A stretch of 64,000 bases of DNA from an uncultured Chitinophaga sp. (GCA_964617955.1 CAZTXB010000010.1:1771-65770); one strand, 5' to 3'; positions 1-9,814 are shown, numbered from the stretch's first letter. Numbers and translations: made by a program. Notes: generated by a model not told the origin, from the sequence alone.

Positions 1-1
1 T

Positions 2-334
2 CAGAATTTTACCTTTAATGCCTGTGGCATCAGTCCTTTAAAGAAAGTTTTCGACTGCCAGGATGTATATGGAACAAAAGCTTCGCTTACAGATCTGGTT
101 CAGAACCGGGCATTACTGTCTCCCAATCCATGCTCCGAGGTATTGAATATTGCTGGATTAGAAGAAATGGATAAAGCAGCGTACTGTGTCATAATAGATT
201 TTGCCGGCAGGGAAGTGACGACACAGCCTTTAGGTGCAGGCAGCTTGTCGGTTTCCCATCTTAATTCAGGCTTATACCTTTTACAAATATTTTCACGCGG
301 TCAAGTTTATCAGCAAAAATTTGTGAAGCAATAA
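2..334 (+). CDS. C-terminal fragment of a secreted protein carrying a T9SS type A C-terminal sorting domain; 5' end lies outside the window
   Basis: Frame 2 is open from position 2 to the TAA at 332-334. The tail SPNPCSEVLNIAGLEE..YCVIIDFAGREV..LSVSHLNSGLYLLQI...QKFVKQ matches the T9SS type A (Por secretion) CTD pattern. The listed 143..334 ORF is only the part after an internal Met. Confidence 0.55.
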   Translation, partial: QNFTFNACGISPLKKVFDCQDVYGTKASLTDLVQNRALLSPNPCSEVLNIAGLEEMDKAAYCVIIDFAGREVTTQPLGAGSLSVSHLNSGLYLLQIFSRGQVYQQKFVKQ

Positions 335-528
335 TGTACTGGGATCAGTTATAAAGAGGTCATGAAACAACATTCTTGCCAAGGCAACGACAACATAAAA
401 CCTCTAACAACCGGTTCAATACCAAACGCTCATAGTTTAGGACTTAAAAAAGAAGTTTAGGCCATAAAATTCCGGATGAAAACCTAATGGACTTCAAGAT
501 TTTTTGTTGAAAAAAGGAGAAGTATCCT

Positions 529-3500
529 TCAAGACCACCTCTCTGACAAAGGAAGGCTCACAAAAAATTCGCTCCCTTTCCCCTTGGCCGATTGAAACCA
601 AATTTTGCCCTTGCTGTTTTCTACAATTTTTTTGGCAATGGCTAAGCCAAGGCCCATTCCTGAATTTTTAGTACTAAAGCTAGGGATAAATATTTTCGCC
701 TTCAGTTCATCGCCTATTCCCATTCCATTGTCCTTAATACAAATCACAACTTCCTTTGATTTTAATTCATACTGAACTGTAATGATACCATCCCGCTCTG
801 AAGGAATGCTTTGAATCGCATTTTTAAAAATATTGGTAAATACTCTGCGTATCTGTTCAGGGTCGGTATAGATCATGGTTTCCGGTGGGTTCTTGTCGTA
901 CACAAAATCGATATTTTCAGATTGTTCGAAAAGATGAATCGTGGATAAAAGAATCTCGTCGATGCGACAATTGGCAAACTGATCAGTGGGCATTTTCGCA
1001 AAAGAGGAGAATTCGGTAGCCAGGCGGCTTAAACTGTCTATTTGCTCTATTAAAATTTCGGTTACCTTTTTAAAAGTCTGATCCAACTGCTCAGGGTTGT
1101 TTTTCCATGCCCTTTGTAAATGCTGAATATTCAATTTCATTGGGGTTAGAGGATTTTTAATTTCATGAGCCACTTGCCTGGCCATTTCCTTCCATGCCCC
1201 TTCCCTCTCCGATTCAGTTAATTTATGAGCGCTTTCTTCCAATTCGAGCACCATTTTATTGTACTGTTTTACGAGCTGTCCTATTTCATCATCACGCCGC
1301 CATTCGATGGTTTCATTTTTTGAAGAAATGGAGGTTTTTGACAACTTTTCACGAATGAGCTGCAGGGGAAGCGAAATTCTTTGGCCAATAAAATAGGCGA
1401 TGATAATGGCTATCAAAAGCAAAAGAAAGTAGATATTGATCAAAGAAACCAGGAAGGAAGAAATCTCTTTGTCTATCTCCGATTTTTCGGTAAAGTATGG
1501 CAGATTGAGATAGGCGATAATGCGTCCTTCGTCGTTAAACAGGGGCACATAGCCTGACAAATACTCAAAGTTGGTCACTTTTTCATTCTGTAGAAGTTGG
1601 GAGGCATTCTCGGCTCTCAGTCTGAAAATCGCATCGGGATGCATGAGTGGGGCCAATAAATACTGGGTGTAAATGGTTGGCTGCGTGGAGGCCAATAATA
1701 AACCCGAGGCATCGAAAATATTAAGATCTATTCTGTTGGCATCACTCAGTTGGTTGACCAATGCCCTCAACCGATCATTGTTTTTTAATTTTCTTGGCAG
1801 GTCAGGTTCATTTTCCAACTGGTTCAATATTTCCTTCAGGTTAAGAAAAAGCTGATCTTGCTGCCTTTCGTTGTAATTGTACCTCACATACTGGATGGTA
1901 AAAAAAACGGAAACTATCAAACCAAAAAATACCAAACCCACCATGCTCACCTGTATGCGAGAGCTCAAAAGGCGCTGTCTGGGACTTATCAAAGGAACGG
2001 TTCGGCTCAATAAATCGAGAATCGGGGTATTGCCCCGGTGCTTGCTTGTAAATTTTTGCCAACCAAATCGCGCGATGTATATGGTGGTCCACAGCAAGGC
2101 AAACACCACGCCCAGAATGGTAAAGAAAATAAACATGAAGGAAAACAGAGCAAATGATTTTACGAGGTAATCGTGCCTTTTGCTAATCATCACGGTGATA
2201 TCGGGCTGAGGCGAGTTAACAAAGTGGCTGTAACCTCCTGATGGGAAATAATCGCTCTCCCTGCCCTTAAACGGTATGGCTAAACGGTAAGGATAGTCGC
2301 CTTTTTGCCCAAGTAATTTCGAGCCTTGATAAATGGCATAGGAGTAATCTTTAAAATCGAAAACGCTCTGCTGTTTCTTATCGTCAAAAATATCGGGATA
2401 GCTGTGTGAGCTTTGTATGATTTTGGGCTGCAGCAGTAAAAAAACCGTTCCGTAATTGCCGGCGAGATTGCACGTTTCAAACTTGGCGATATACCCTCTT
2501 ACTCCGGCCTTATTTTTAATTTGATAGAAGTGGTTGCTGATGGTAGGAAACGAATGAAAAGCGTAAATTTTATCCAAAAACCGATAGCTGAATCTGGTGT
2601 CGAGATTAATGGATTTACCGGTGCTGTCAAAACTTAGAATTTTCAATTCGAACTTATCGAGGTAACCCGAGAAAAAGAGATTTTTAATGCGTTTCTCATA
2701 TTCTTCCTGGCGTCGGAAAAATTCCTGAAAATCCTGCGGGGTAATAAACTCCTTTACAAGTTCCTTTTCCATGGAAGCAAATTTGCTTTCGGCTTCGAGG
2801 TCTTGATTGGAAACTATTTTGTTGACAAACACATTGAGGTACTCCCTTTCATGCCTTTTGTTGTTGTAGTTAATAATAAAGGCCGAGTAACCTGAAATGA
2901 CCAGCAATACGAGAATGTTTAAATAAAAATCGCGAATGGAAGGCTTAAATACAAACCACATCACCACGGAGATACACAAACTCACAGTAGCTGTTATCGG
3001 AACCCAGTTTTGGTGCCCATCGAAAGTCTGAAACAGTGCAAAAAATATTAAGGATGCTGCCAAACTCCATGCTCTCACCTTTTTTGGGATATACCTAAAG
3101 CCTGTTTTGTCAAATAAAAAATTAAAAATATAAAACAAGCTGCCCATGAGCACTCCTATGATGGTCATTCCGATGAAGGAATAGATGTTTATTTTTTGGA
3201 GATCGGCAAAATGGAAGGAAATATTGGAATCCACCACCAGGCTTTTTATGATGGCAAAAACAAGGTCAGTTGAAAAGGCGAAGGCCAAGCAAAGCGCCGT
3301 TGATTTTAGAAATGCGAATCGGCTACCCGGGATGTGGAGATTGAGGTTTTTAATTTTTGAAAATCCATAAAATAACACCAGAAAGCTTAGGGAGTGGAGC
3401 ACCAAATCGCCTAGGGATGGCAACAAAAAAGAAGAGGCATAAATCTCAGGATTAAAAATTTCGGAATTGAGCAAAGAAGAGAGAAAAGTCCTTTTGTACA

Positions 3501-4245
3501 ATAGGGCTCGAAGTACAATTACCAAAGAAGCGTAAATTCCAAATCCCTGCCAAGAGAGCCCATTTTTGCCCGAAAGTTCCACATACTTGTAAATAAAGAA
3601 GGAAATAAAAACCAGCATGAACAATCCTGCCCACACCCAAAAATTATTGATCCTTTCAATATCCACTAAATTAAACGTGGCCATAAATTGCCCATTGGCC
3701 CACTGCATCTTGTAGCCGGGGGATACCTCTTCTATTTCGTAAATATACCCCTGTGATTCGTAAAAAGGGTGATCTCCCGGCAATTCTGAACTTTCGGTTT
3801 CACTTCCCGCATGATAGAGAAGCAGACATTTCAAGTCCCCAATCTGCCTACTGCATACGAGGTAAATATTTTTGCCAAGTTTAACTATGGCTGTTGTGTC
3901 CTGAATTTTTGTAATGCTTGAATCCAGTACAGCTTCATTGGTGTTCCAAAAATATAAGCTGTCTTTTTTGAAGCAGAGCAGGTAAAAATTTTGATCGGAA
4001 ACTCGCCTCAGTACAGCACTTTTTTGCTGATACTGAAGCAGGGCTTCCTCCAATCCATTTTGTTTAAAAATGGTTTCAGCCTGTGTTCTTTTATCAATAA
4101 GGTGCTTTTGAAGCATGCGTCCAAGTTTCTGCTCCTGTTTAATGAGTGAGTCTTTGTCGGTCTTCTGATCGACAAAAAACAAGGCCACAATAGCCAGCGA
4201 AGCTGCAATGAAGTAGAGTAAAGGGTTTTGTATTACCTTTTTCAA
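529..4245 (-). CDS. Large multi-pass membrane sensor histidine kinase (HisKA + HATPase_c at the C-terminus)
   Basis: 1238-aa ORF. The C-terminus carries an H-box (HEIKNPLTPMKLNIQHL) and N/G1/G2 boxes (DNGMGIGDEL, GMGLGLAIAKKIV). There are several hydrophobic TM blocks, and a coiled-coil/HAMP-like segment precedes the kinase core. The start is a predicted TTG, 3 nt after the hldD stop. Confidence 0.85.
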   Translation of the reverse strand: MKKVIQNPLLYFIAASLAIVALFFVDQKTDKDSLIKQEQKLGRMLQKHLIDKRTQAETIFKQNGLEEALLQYQQKSAVLRRVSDQNFYLLCFKKDSLYFWNTNEAVLDSSITKIQDTTAIVKLGKNIYLVCSRQIGDLKCLLLYHAGSETESSELPGDHPFYESQGYIYEIEEVSPGYKMQWANGQFMATFNLVDIERINNFWVWAGLFMLVFISFFIYKYVELSGKNGLSWQGFGIYASLVIVLRALLYKRTFLSSLLNSEIFNPEIYASSFLLPSLGDLVLHSLSFLVLFYGFSKIKNLNLHIPGSRFAFLKSTALCLAFAFSTDLVFAIIKSLVVDSNISFHFADLQKINIYSFIGMTIIGVLMGSLFYIFNFLFDKTGFRYIPKKVRAWSLAASLIFFALFQTFDGHQNWVPITATVSLCISVVMWFVFKPSIRDFYLNILVLLVISGYSAFIINYNNKRHEREYLNVFVNKIVSNQDLEAESKFASMEKELVKEFITPQDFQEFFRRQEEYEKRIKNLFFSGYLDKFELKILSFDSTGKSINLDTRFSYRFLDKIYAFHSFPTISNHFYQIKNKAGVRGYIAKFETCNLAGNYGTVFLLLQPKIIQSSHSYPDIFDDKKQQSVFDFKDYSYAIYQGSKLLGQKGDYPYRLAIPFKGRESDYFPSGGYSHFVNSPQPDITVMISKRHDYLVKSFALFSFMFIFFTILGVVFALLWTTIYIARFGWQKFTSKHRGNTPILDLLSRTVPLISPRQRLLSSRIQVSMVGLVFFGLIVSVFFTIQYVRYNYNERQQDQLFLNLKEILNQLENEPDLPRKLKNNDRLRALVNQLSDANRIDLNIFDASGLLLASTQPTIYTQYLLAPLMHPDAIFRLRAENASQLLQNEKVTNFEYLSGYVPLFNDEGRIIAYLNLPYFTEKSEIDKEISSFLVSLINIYFLLLLIAIIIAYFIGQRISLPLQLIREKLSKTSISSKNETIEWRRDDEIGQLVKQYNKMVLELEESAHKLTESEREGAWKEMARQVAHEIKNPLTPMKLNIQHLQRAWKNNPEQLDQTFKKVTEILIEQIDSLSRLATEFSSFAKMPTDQFANCRIDEILLSTIHLFEQSENIDFVYDKNPPETMIYTDPEQIRRVFTNIFKNAIQSIPSERDGIITVQYELKSKEVVICIKDNGMGIGDELKAKIFIPSFSTKNSGMGLGLAIAKKIVENSKGKIWFQSAKGKGSEFFVSLPLSERWS

Positions 4246-4248
4246 TTT

Positions 4249-5205
4249 CTAAAAGTTGGAATGGGTTAAAAGGTAATTTTTAACATAATCATCCACGGCC
4301 GATTCAAGCGAAGTAAATGGATTTACATAACCGGCCATCCTTAACTTTTGCATTCTGGCTTCGGTAAAATATTGGTACTTGTCGCGAATATCTTCTGGAA
4401 TATCAATGTACTCAATATTCACCTTTTTGTTTAGGGCATTAAATATGGCAGTGGCCAAGTCGTTCCAGGTTCTGGCCTCTCCGGTTCCTAAATTGTATAT
4501 GGCAGAAGGCGCTTTTTGGTCATAGAGAAACAGAATAACCTCCAAAACGTCTTTAACATAAATAAAATCCCTGAGTTGCTCACCATTTTTATATTCCGGT
4601 ACATGGCTTTTAAAAAGTTTAATTTTTCCATGTACGGATATTTGATTTGTGCCGTGCATAACTACCGAGGCCATCCTGTTTTTGTGGTATTCATTAGGGC
4701 CAAACACATTAAAAAATTTAAGACCGGCCCAAAAGGGTGGTGTGTGTTTTTGTTGCAGTACCCATTCATCGAAAATCTGTTTGCTTTGTCCATAGGCATT
4801 CAAAGGCAAAAGCCCCGGAATCAAGTCATGTCGGTCGTCGAAGCCATTTTCGCCGAACCCGTAGGTTGCAGCCGACGAGGCGTATATCATAGGGATAGCA
4901 TGGGTTGTGCAGTAATTCCATAAACTCATGCTGTAAGCTGTGTTGAGCTTGTGCAAGAGTTCCTTGTCGAACTCAGCGGTATCGGTACGCGCACCGATAT
5001 GAAATACAAATTGAATAGGCCCGAATTTGGCAGGGTTGGCAATGAATTCATCCCGGTTTGCCTTGGTGCAATGCTTAGCGGTATCCAGATAATGGTGATC
5101 GATTGTGAAGTCATCAACAGCGAGCAAAGGTCCTATTCCGATTCGGCTCAATTTTTGGATTAAGCAACTTCCTATAAACCCATTGGCACCTGTTACAACA
5201 ATCAT
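4249..5205 (-). CDS. hldD: ADP-L-glycero-D-manno-heptose 6-epimerase-like NAD-dependent epimerase (SDR family)
   Basis: The N-terminal MIVVTGANGFIGSCL Rossmann motif, YASSAATYG, FNVFGPNEYHKNRMASVV and a C-terminal GYVNPFTSLE track E. coli HldD/RfaD along its full length (MIIVTGGAGFIGSNIV..YASSAATYG..FNVYGPRE..). Confidence 0.65.
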   Translation of the reverse strand: MIVVTGANGFIGSCLIQKLSRIGIGPLLAVDDFTIDHHYLDTAKHCTKANRDEFIANPAKFGPIQFVFHIGARTDTAEFDKELLHKLNTAYSMSLWNYCTTHAIPMIYASSAATYGFGENGFDDRHDLIPGLLPLNAYGQSKQIFDEWVLQQKHTPPFWAGLKFFNVFGPNEYHKNRMASVVMHGTNQISVHGKIKLFKSHVPEYKNGEQLRDFIYVKDVLEVILFLYDQKAPSAIYNLGTGEARTWNDLATAIFNALNKKVNIEYIDIPEDIRDKYQYFTEARMQKLRMAGYVNPFTSLESAVDDYVKNYLLTHSNF

Positions 5206-5344
5206 TATGGTGCAAAGTAAATGTTTTTATTTTTAAGCCTAAATACAAACAGGCATTATATCACCTGTTCAAAATAAGATCTCGATTTTTTGTATCCTTT
5301 GCTGGACTTAAAATTGCTAAATCCATGCTATTTTTGCAGCTCAA

Positions 5345-5767
5345 ATGAATTTCCAGGCAGGCTTGGTTTACGTTACCCGAAAGATGCATTTTAATGCCGC
5401 CCACAAACTCTACAATCCAAATTGGAGTGATGAGAAGAATATAGCTGTGTTTGGAAAATGTGCCAACAGCAATTACCACGGACATAATTTCGATTTATAT
5501 GTGACGGTTAAAGGAGTGCCAAATCCGGATACAGGCTTTGTCATGGATTTAAAGGAGTTGAAAAACCTCCTGGAAGAGAAAATAATATCCAGATTAGACC
5601 ATAGAAATATTAATCTGGATGTGGATTTTATGCAAGGCAAACTGGCCTCTATTGAAAATTTGGCCAAGGCCATTTGGGATGAATTGTTACCACATTTAGG
5701 CGTTGAGCGGCTTCACAGCATTAAAATTTACGAAACCCCTCGACAATATGTAGAATTTTACGGCTAA
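5345..5767 (+). CDS. 6-pyruvoyl-tetrahydropterin synthase family protein (PTPS/QueD-like, Cys-x5-HGH type)
   Basis: 140 aa. The active-site motif CANSNYHGHNF (C-x5-HGH) plus conserved DHRNIN and FMQGK..E.LA segments are typical of the PTPS/QueD fold. Confidence 0.75.
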   Translation: MNFQAGLVYVTRKMHFNAAHKLYNPNWSDEKNIAVFGKCANSNYHGHNFDLYVTVKGVPNPDTGFVMDLKELKNLLEEKIISRLDHRNINLDVDFMQGKLASIENLAKAIWDELLPHLGVERLHSIKIYETPRQYVEFYG

Positions 5768-5795
5768 AAAAAAGCCATCTGCAAGGCAAATGGCT
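5766..5795 (-). terminator. Intrinsic terminator between convergent genes: hairpin AGCCATcTGCaagGCAaATGGCT followed on the minus strand by an 8-nt U tract
   Basis: Imperfect palindrome at 5773-5795. The A8 run at 5766-5773 reads as U8 after the hairpin on the minus strand, 23 nt past the stop of the 5818..6225 gene. It also lies right after the queD stop, but without a plus-strand U tract. Confidence 0.5.
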
Positions 5796-5817
5796 GTTAA
5801 TCCGTGCACTTTACTCC

Positions 5818-6225
5818 CTAATATTTCACTACGGGTTCGAGACTTTTGGCCTGTTCAACCCAATTTTCAACAGCACCAAGAGAAGGCATGGCTCTCACCA
5901 ATTTTTTCTCGTTGTTAATTTCCAGCATTTTGGCATGCAGATTAGCAGGAACCCTGTGTCCTAATTCCTTCACGGTGTCAACCCCTGAAATCTCAAGTAA
6001 TTGCGAATATTCTTCGCCGATGCCCTTAATTCTAAAAAGGTCAGCCATGTTAACCCATTTCAGAATACGGCTCTCATCAATGCCGGTGGCGGCAGCAAGG
6101 CTGCTCCTGCCATTTTTAGTGGCGCCTTTTTCTAATAAATGAGAAACTTGTGTAATGCCATTCTGAACCAACTTGTCGGAATAAGTAGGTCCGATGCCTT
6201 CGATGTCGTGTATTTGATTTGCCAT
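5818..6225 (-). CDS. Hypothetical small protein with tandem helix-hairpin-helix-like repeats (DUF4332-like)
   Basis: 135-aa ORF with an ATG start. Repeated G-I-G motifs (IEGIGPTYSDKL, IKGIGEEYSQLL) fit an HhH DNA/RNA-binding fold. No signal peptide. Confidence 0.5.
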   Translation of the reverse strand: MANQIHDIEGIGPTYSDKLVQNGITQVSHLLEKGATKNGRSSLAAATGIDESRILKWVNMADLFRIKGIGEEYSQLLEISGVDTVKELGHRVPANLHAKMLEINNEKKLVRAMPSLGAVENWVEQAKSLEPVVKY

Positions 6226-6423
6226 AATTATTTGTTTTCTAACTTTAGGGATTGGGAATTACAAATAGACTTTAACAAGCTGTCTCTATGGTTTTTAGTT
6301 CCAGAGTTTTAAGTTTTGATACCCTCTCTTACTAAACCAGTGAAAGCAAATTTTGTTTTTGCTCAGACCATAAATTTTTAAAAAAGAACCTTAAAATTTA
6401 TGGGGGTTGCTTAACTTTGCTCC

Positions 6424-6957
6424 ATGGAAATAGGCGAAAAACTCTTTGAATTCAGGCTTCCCGCTACCGACGGTAAAACTTACAGCAAATATTCTTTCGC
6501 CGACCGGTACGCCTTACTCATTATTGTTTCCTGCAACCATTGTGAATATGGTAAAAACTATTGGAGAAGGATTGTAAAACTATGGGAAAAATTTGAAGAA
6601 GACGATTTAGGAGTGATGATTATCAATGGCAATGATGCCCGGCAATGCGCTGAGGATTCATTTGAAAATATGAAATTAGTTGCCGATGAGTTATTTAAAG
6701 GCTATTTCCCCTATTTGCATGACGAGGACCAAGAGGTCATAAAAACTTTGGGTGCGAAAAAAACTCCGGAGGCCTTTCTTTTTAACTCCCGCAGAGAACT
6801 AGTTTATAAAGGAGCCATCGACGACAGTTGGGATAACGAGTTTGCCGTTACTATGGTTTACCTTGAAGATGCGATTGAAAACACCCTGGATGGCTTGGAT
6901 GTGGATTATCCCGAAATTCCTGCCATAGGTTGTGATATCATTTGGAAAGCGTCCTAA
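6424..6957 (+). CDS. Thioredoxin-fold (redoxin/AhpC-TSA-like) protein
   Basis: 177 aa. The Thr/Cys-containing motif LPATDGKTYS...LLIIVSCNHCEY fits a thioredoxin-like fold with a C-x2-C-like CNHC. ATG start at 6424. Confidence 0.55.
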   Translation: MEIGEKLFEFRLPATDGKTYSKYSFADRYALLIIVSCNHCEYGKNYWRRIVKLWEKFEEDDLGVMIINGNDARQCAEDSFENMKLVADELFKGYFPYLHDEDQEVIKTLGAKKTPEAFLFNSRRELVYKGAIDDSWDNEFAVTMVYLEDAIENTLDGLDVDYPEIPAIGCDIIWKAS

Positions 6958-7004
6958 ACATCTACCAAACCTTTTAAAAATTCATAGTTTAACGTTGATA
7001 TAAA

Positions 7005-8789
7005 TTGGACATAGAACACATTTTAAGAAATTTAATCAGGGAGAGTTTTGCCTCACTTTTTAATGAAGATATAGACTCAGAGAGCATAAAACTTGAAGTG
7101 ACCAATAAGGATCATCGGGGAGACTTGACCTTTGTGGTGTTTCCATTCTTGAAAATTTCAAAAACAAGTCCTGAGGTAACGGCCGAAAAAATCGGAAATT
7201 ATGTGGTAAATCATAGCACCGAAATTTCAGCTTTCAATGTCATCAAAGGTTTCTTAAACTTTGAATTCAATCCTACGCATTGGCTGTCATTTTTAAAAAG
7301 GGATGCCGGCAATGCAAACTACGGCAGAATTGATTTGGGCAAAGGGAAAAAAGTAATGGTTGAATACTCCTCTCCCAATACCAATAAACCCTTGCATCTC
7401 GGCCATGTGCGAAACAATCTGCTGGGGTTTTCGGTAAGTAAAATATTAGAGTTTGCGGGTTACTCTGTGGTAAAAGCCAATTTGATAAACGACCGAGGCA
7501 TCCATATTTGTAAAAGCATGCTGGCCTGGTCGAAGTTAAGAGCGCCCGGCACTGATGAATCACCGGAACAAAGCGGAATGAAGGGTGATCATTTGGTAGG
7601 TAAATACTACGTCGAATTTGATAGGCATTACAAAACACAAATTGAGGAACTCGTTGTGACTGGCATGCCGGAGGATCAGGCAAAAAAAGAAGCGCCACTG
7701 ATGAAAGAGGCTCAGAAAATGCTGCTCGATTGGGAAGCCAATGAGCCGGCAACCCTAGCCTTATGGAAGAAAATGAATGCCTGGGTGTACGATGGTTTTT
7801 CAAAAACCTACGATAGAATGGGGGTTCGATTTGATAAATATTATTATGAGAGCAATACCTATCTTTTGGGAAAGGACCTCATTTATGAGGGACTTCAAAA
7901 AGGGGTTTTTGAGAGAGAGCACGATGGGAGTGTATGGATTGACCTGACCTCAGATGGTCTGGACAGGAAAATAGTCTTGAGGGCCGATGGAACTTCCGTT
8001 TACATCACGCAGGATATCGGAACTGCCCAGCTTAAATACGACGATACCGGAATGGATCAATCGGTTTATGTGGTAGGCAATGAGCAAGATTATCATTTCA
8101 AAGTTTTAAAGCTCATACTGAAAAAATTGGGCAAACCCTATGCCGATGGCATTTATCACTTAAGTTATGGAATGGTAGACTTGCCCAGCGGCAAAATGAA
8201 AAGCAGGGAAGGGACCGTTGTAGATGCCGATGAACTGATGGAATCGATGCATGTAAGCGCGAAAAAAATCACAGAGGAGTTGGGCAAAACAGAAGGAATA
8301 GATGCTGAGAGTTTGGAGAATCTTTATGAAACCATAGCCATGGGGGCCTTGAAATACTTTTTATTAAAGGTTGATCCTGTAAAGCGAATGTTGTTTAACC
8401 CTGAAGAGTCGATTGATTTTCATGGCAATACAGGCCCTTTCATTCAATATACGTATGCCAGAATTTGTTCCATACTTAGAAGCGAAAAAGCAAGCACAGA
8501 AGTGGATTTAGAGGTTAATCTTCACGAAACAGAAAAGGAATTGCTGGAGGTCATATCATTTTTCCCCTCAAGAGTAAGTCAGGCAGCCCTTGACTATGAC
8601 CCATCTGTCATTGCCAACTACATGTTTGACGTGGCCAAATCCTTCAACCGCTTTTACCACGAGTGTTCAATACTGGGCGAGGAAAATCTAAAAATAAAAC
8701 AAAACCGACTGCATCTTTGCAAGCTCACTTCAAACACTTTGGTGAACGGCATGGGGCTGCTTGGCATTGCTCTACCCGAGCGCATGTAA
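7005..8789 (+). CDS. argS: Arginine--tRNA ligase
   Basis: 594 aa. Class I HIGH motif (SSPNTNKPLHLGHVRNNLLG), a KMSK-like GKMKSREG, and the C-terminal DALR anticodon-binding region. Full-length collinearity with ArgS. Confidence 0.95.
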   Translation: MDIEHILRNLIRESFASLFNEDIDSESIKLEVTNKDHRGDLTFVVFPFLKISKTSPEVTAEKIGNYVVNHSTEISAFNVIKGFLNFEFNPTHWLSFLKRDAGNANYGRIDLGKGKKVMVEYSSPNTNKPLHLGHVRNNLLGFSVSKILEFAGYSVVKANLINDRGIHICKSMLAWSKLRAPGTDESPEQSGMKGDHLVGKYYVEFDRHYKTQIEELVVTGMPEDQAKKEAPLMKEAQKMLLDWEANEPATLALWKKMNAWVYDGFSKTYDRMGVRFDKYYYESNTYLLGKDLIYEGLQKGVFEREHDGSVWIDLTSDGLDRKIVLRADGTSVYITQDIGTAQLKYDDTGMDQSVYVVGNEQDYHFKVLKLILKKLGKPYADGIYHLSYGMVDLPSGKMKSREGTVVDADELMESMHVSAKKITEELGKTEGIDAESLENLYETIAMGALKYFLLKVDPVKRMLFNPEESIDFHGNTGPFIQYTYARICSILRSEKASTEVDLEVNLHETEKELLEVISFFPSRVSQAALDYDPSVIANYMFDVAKSFNRFYHECSILGEENLKIKQNRLHLCKLTSNTLVNGMGLLGIALPERM

Positions 8790-8790
8790 T

Positions 8791-8946
8791 ATGTATACCT
8801 TGGAAGAAAAAAGCGATTTCTATTTTAATGAAAGAGGGCTAATGGTGTTTACCGAGGCCTATCATTTAAAAAGGGGCTTCTGTTGCGAGAGTGGATGCAA
8901 GCATTGCCCTTTCAATTTTAAGATTCAAAAAAACCAGGAGAGCTAG
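8791..8946 (+). CDS. Cysteine-rich micro-protein (DUF5522-like, CC-x-SGC-x-HCP motif)
   Basis: ATG at 8791 immediately follows the argS TAA (8787-8789). The 51-aa product MYTLEEKS...RGFCCESGCKHCPFNF has 5 Cys in a compact motif seen in small conserved Bacteroidota proteins. The ORF track starts it at an upstream TTG at 8761, inside argS. Confidence 0.45.
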   Translation: MYTLEEKSDFYFNERGLMVFTEAYHLKRGFCCESGCKHCPFNFKIQKNQES

Positions 8947-9317
8947 GATTGGGTCTTATTAAATGCCTTCCCATACCATGACCAAAGCTGAAATTGTTTT
9001 AAACCGGCTAAAAAAACATTAAATTAAGACCAACTTGCGCCAATTTGTTTAGCTACCAAAGACAGCTGCTTTGCAGCCTTCAAACATTCTGTCCTCTATG
9101 AACTTATTCGGGAGTTTAAACATTGCAAAACGATATGGTGGCCTATCATGTGCATGTGGTAAACACAAGCGATTTATGCTTTGATCAGCCAACTTAGCTT
9201 AAAGAAATAAATCCTAAGAATACTCGTGTCATAGCCTTTTAATAGTGATAGATTATTATCAGATAATTTATAGCTTTTGACTTTGAAAAATTCAAAATCT
9301 TAGCTTACTTTGTTGTA

Positions 9318-9524
9318 ATGATTCATAAAATAGAAATTGACGATAGCACTGAAACGGGCAAATTGGTTTTGGAATTCCTGAATGGTATTGGAATGGGAAG
9401 CGGCAAACTAAATCCTGGTATCAGAAATTTTTTATTAAACAGCCTTAAAGAGTCAGAACAAGGAAACCTTAAAACGAGCAATGAAGTGTTTACAGAAATT
9501 AAGCAATGGCTTCATTCAAAATAA
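9318..9524 (+). CDS. Putative antitoxin of a type II TA pair (small upstream partner of the ParE/RelE-like toxin)
   Basis: 68-aa ORF overlapping the downstream toxin gene by 19 nt. This is the typical antitoxin-toxin operon layout. No recognisable enzymatic motifs. Confidence 0.45.
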   Translation: MIHKIEIDDSTETGKLVLEFLNGIGMGSGKLNPGIRNFLLNSLKESEQGNLKTSNEVFTEIKQWLHSK

Positions 9525-9814
9525 AATGGACTACCAGAGCCCAAATAAGTTTAAATTTAATTCTTGAGTTTTATATCGATCAAAATGGCAATGCAAATTA
9601 TAGCCTCGCTTTGCTCAAAGAAATAGAAAACGGAATAAACATTTTGATCGATTTTCCCTTAAGCGGCAAATCCATTGGTTTTTTTGATATCCGAGAACTT
9701 GTTTTTGAAAGGAATTCTGTTTTTTATCACGTTCTGGATAATGAGGTGCATATTCTTCTGATTTGGGATAATCGTCAAAATCCGGATAGCTTGATTAAGC
9801 TATTGGCCAACTAA
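9506..9814 (+). CDS. Type II toxin-antitoxin system RelE/ParE family toxin
   Basis: 102 aa. N-terminal FKIKWTTRAQISLNLILEFY and C-terminal HILLIWDNRQNP segments are characteristic of ParE/RelE-fold toxins. Size and the overlapping upstream partner are consistent. Confidence 0.7.
   Translation: MASFKIKWTTRAQISLNLILEFYIDQNGNANYSLALLKEIENGINILIDFPLSGKSIGFFDIRELVFERNSVFYHVLDNEVHILLIWDNRQNPDSLIKLLAN

Noticed and set aside
143-334. 63-aa ORF with ATG at 143 treated as a complete gene
   Set aside because: The frame is open back to position 2, and the peptide is a T9SS type A C-terminal sorting domain. It is the 3' end of a larger gene that starts outside the window.
1673-3640. Short ORFs on both strands inside the histidine kinase gene (1673-1855, 1841-2092, 1877-2170, 2280-2480, 3185-3370, 3452-3640)
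   Set aside because: They are embedded in or antisense to a long, motif-supported CDS, and their products are low-complexity.
7273-7803. 176-aa antisense ORF within argS
   Set aside because: It is fully contained in the well-supported argS frame and has an unremarkable Pro/Ser-rich product.
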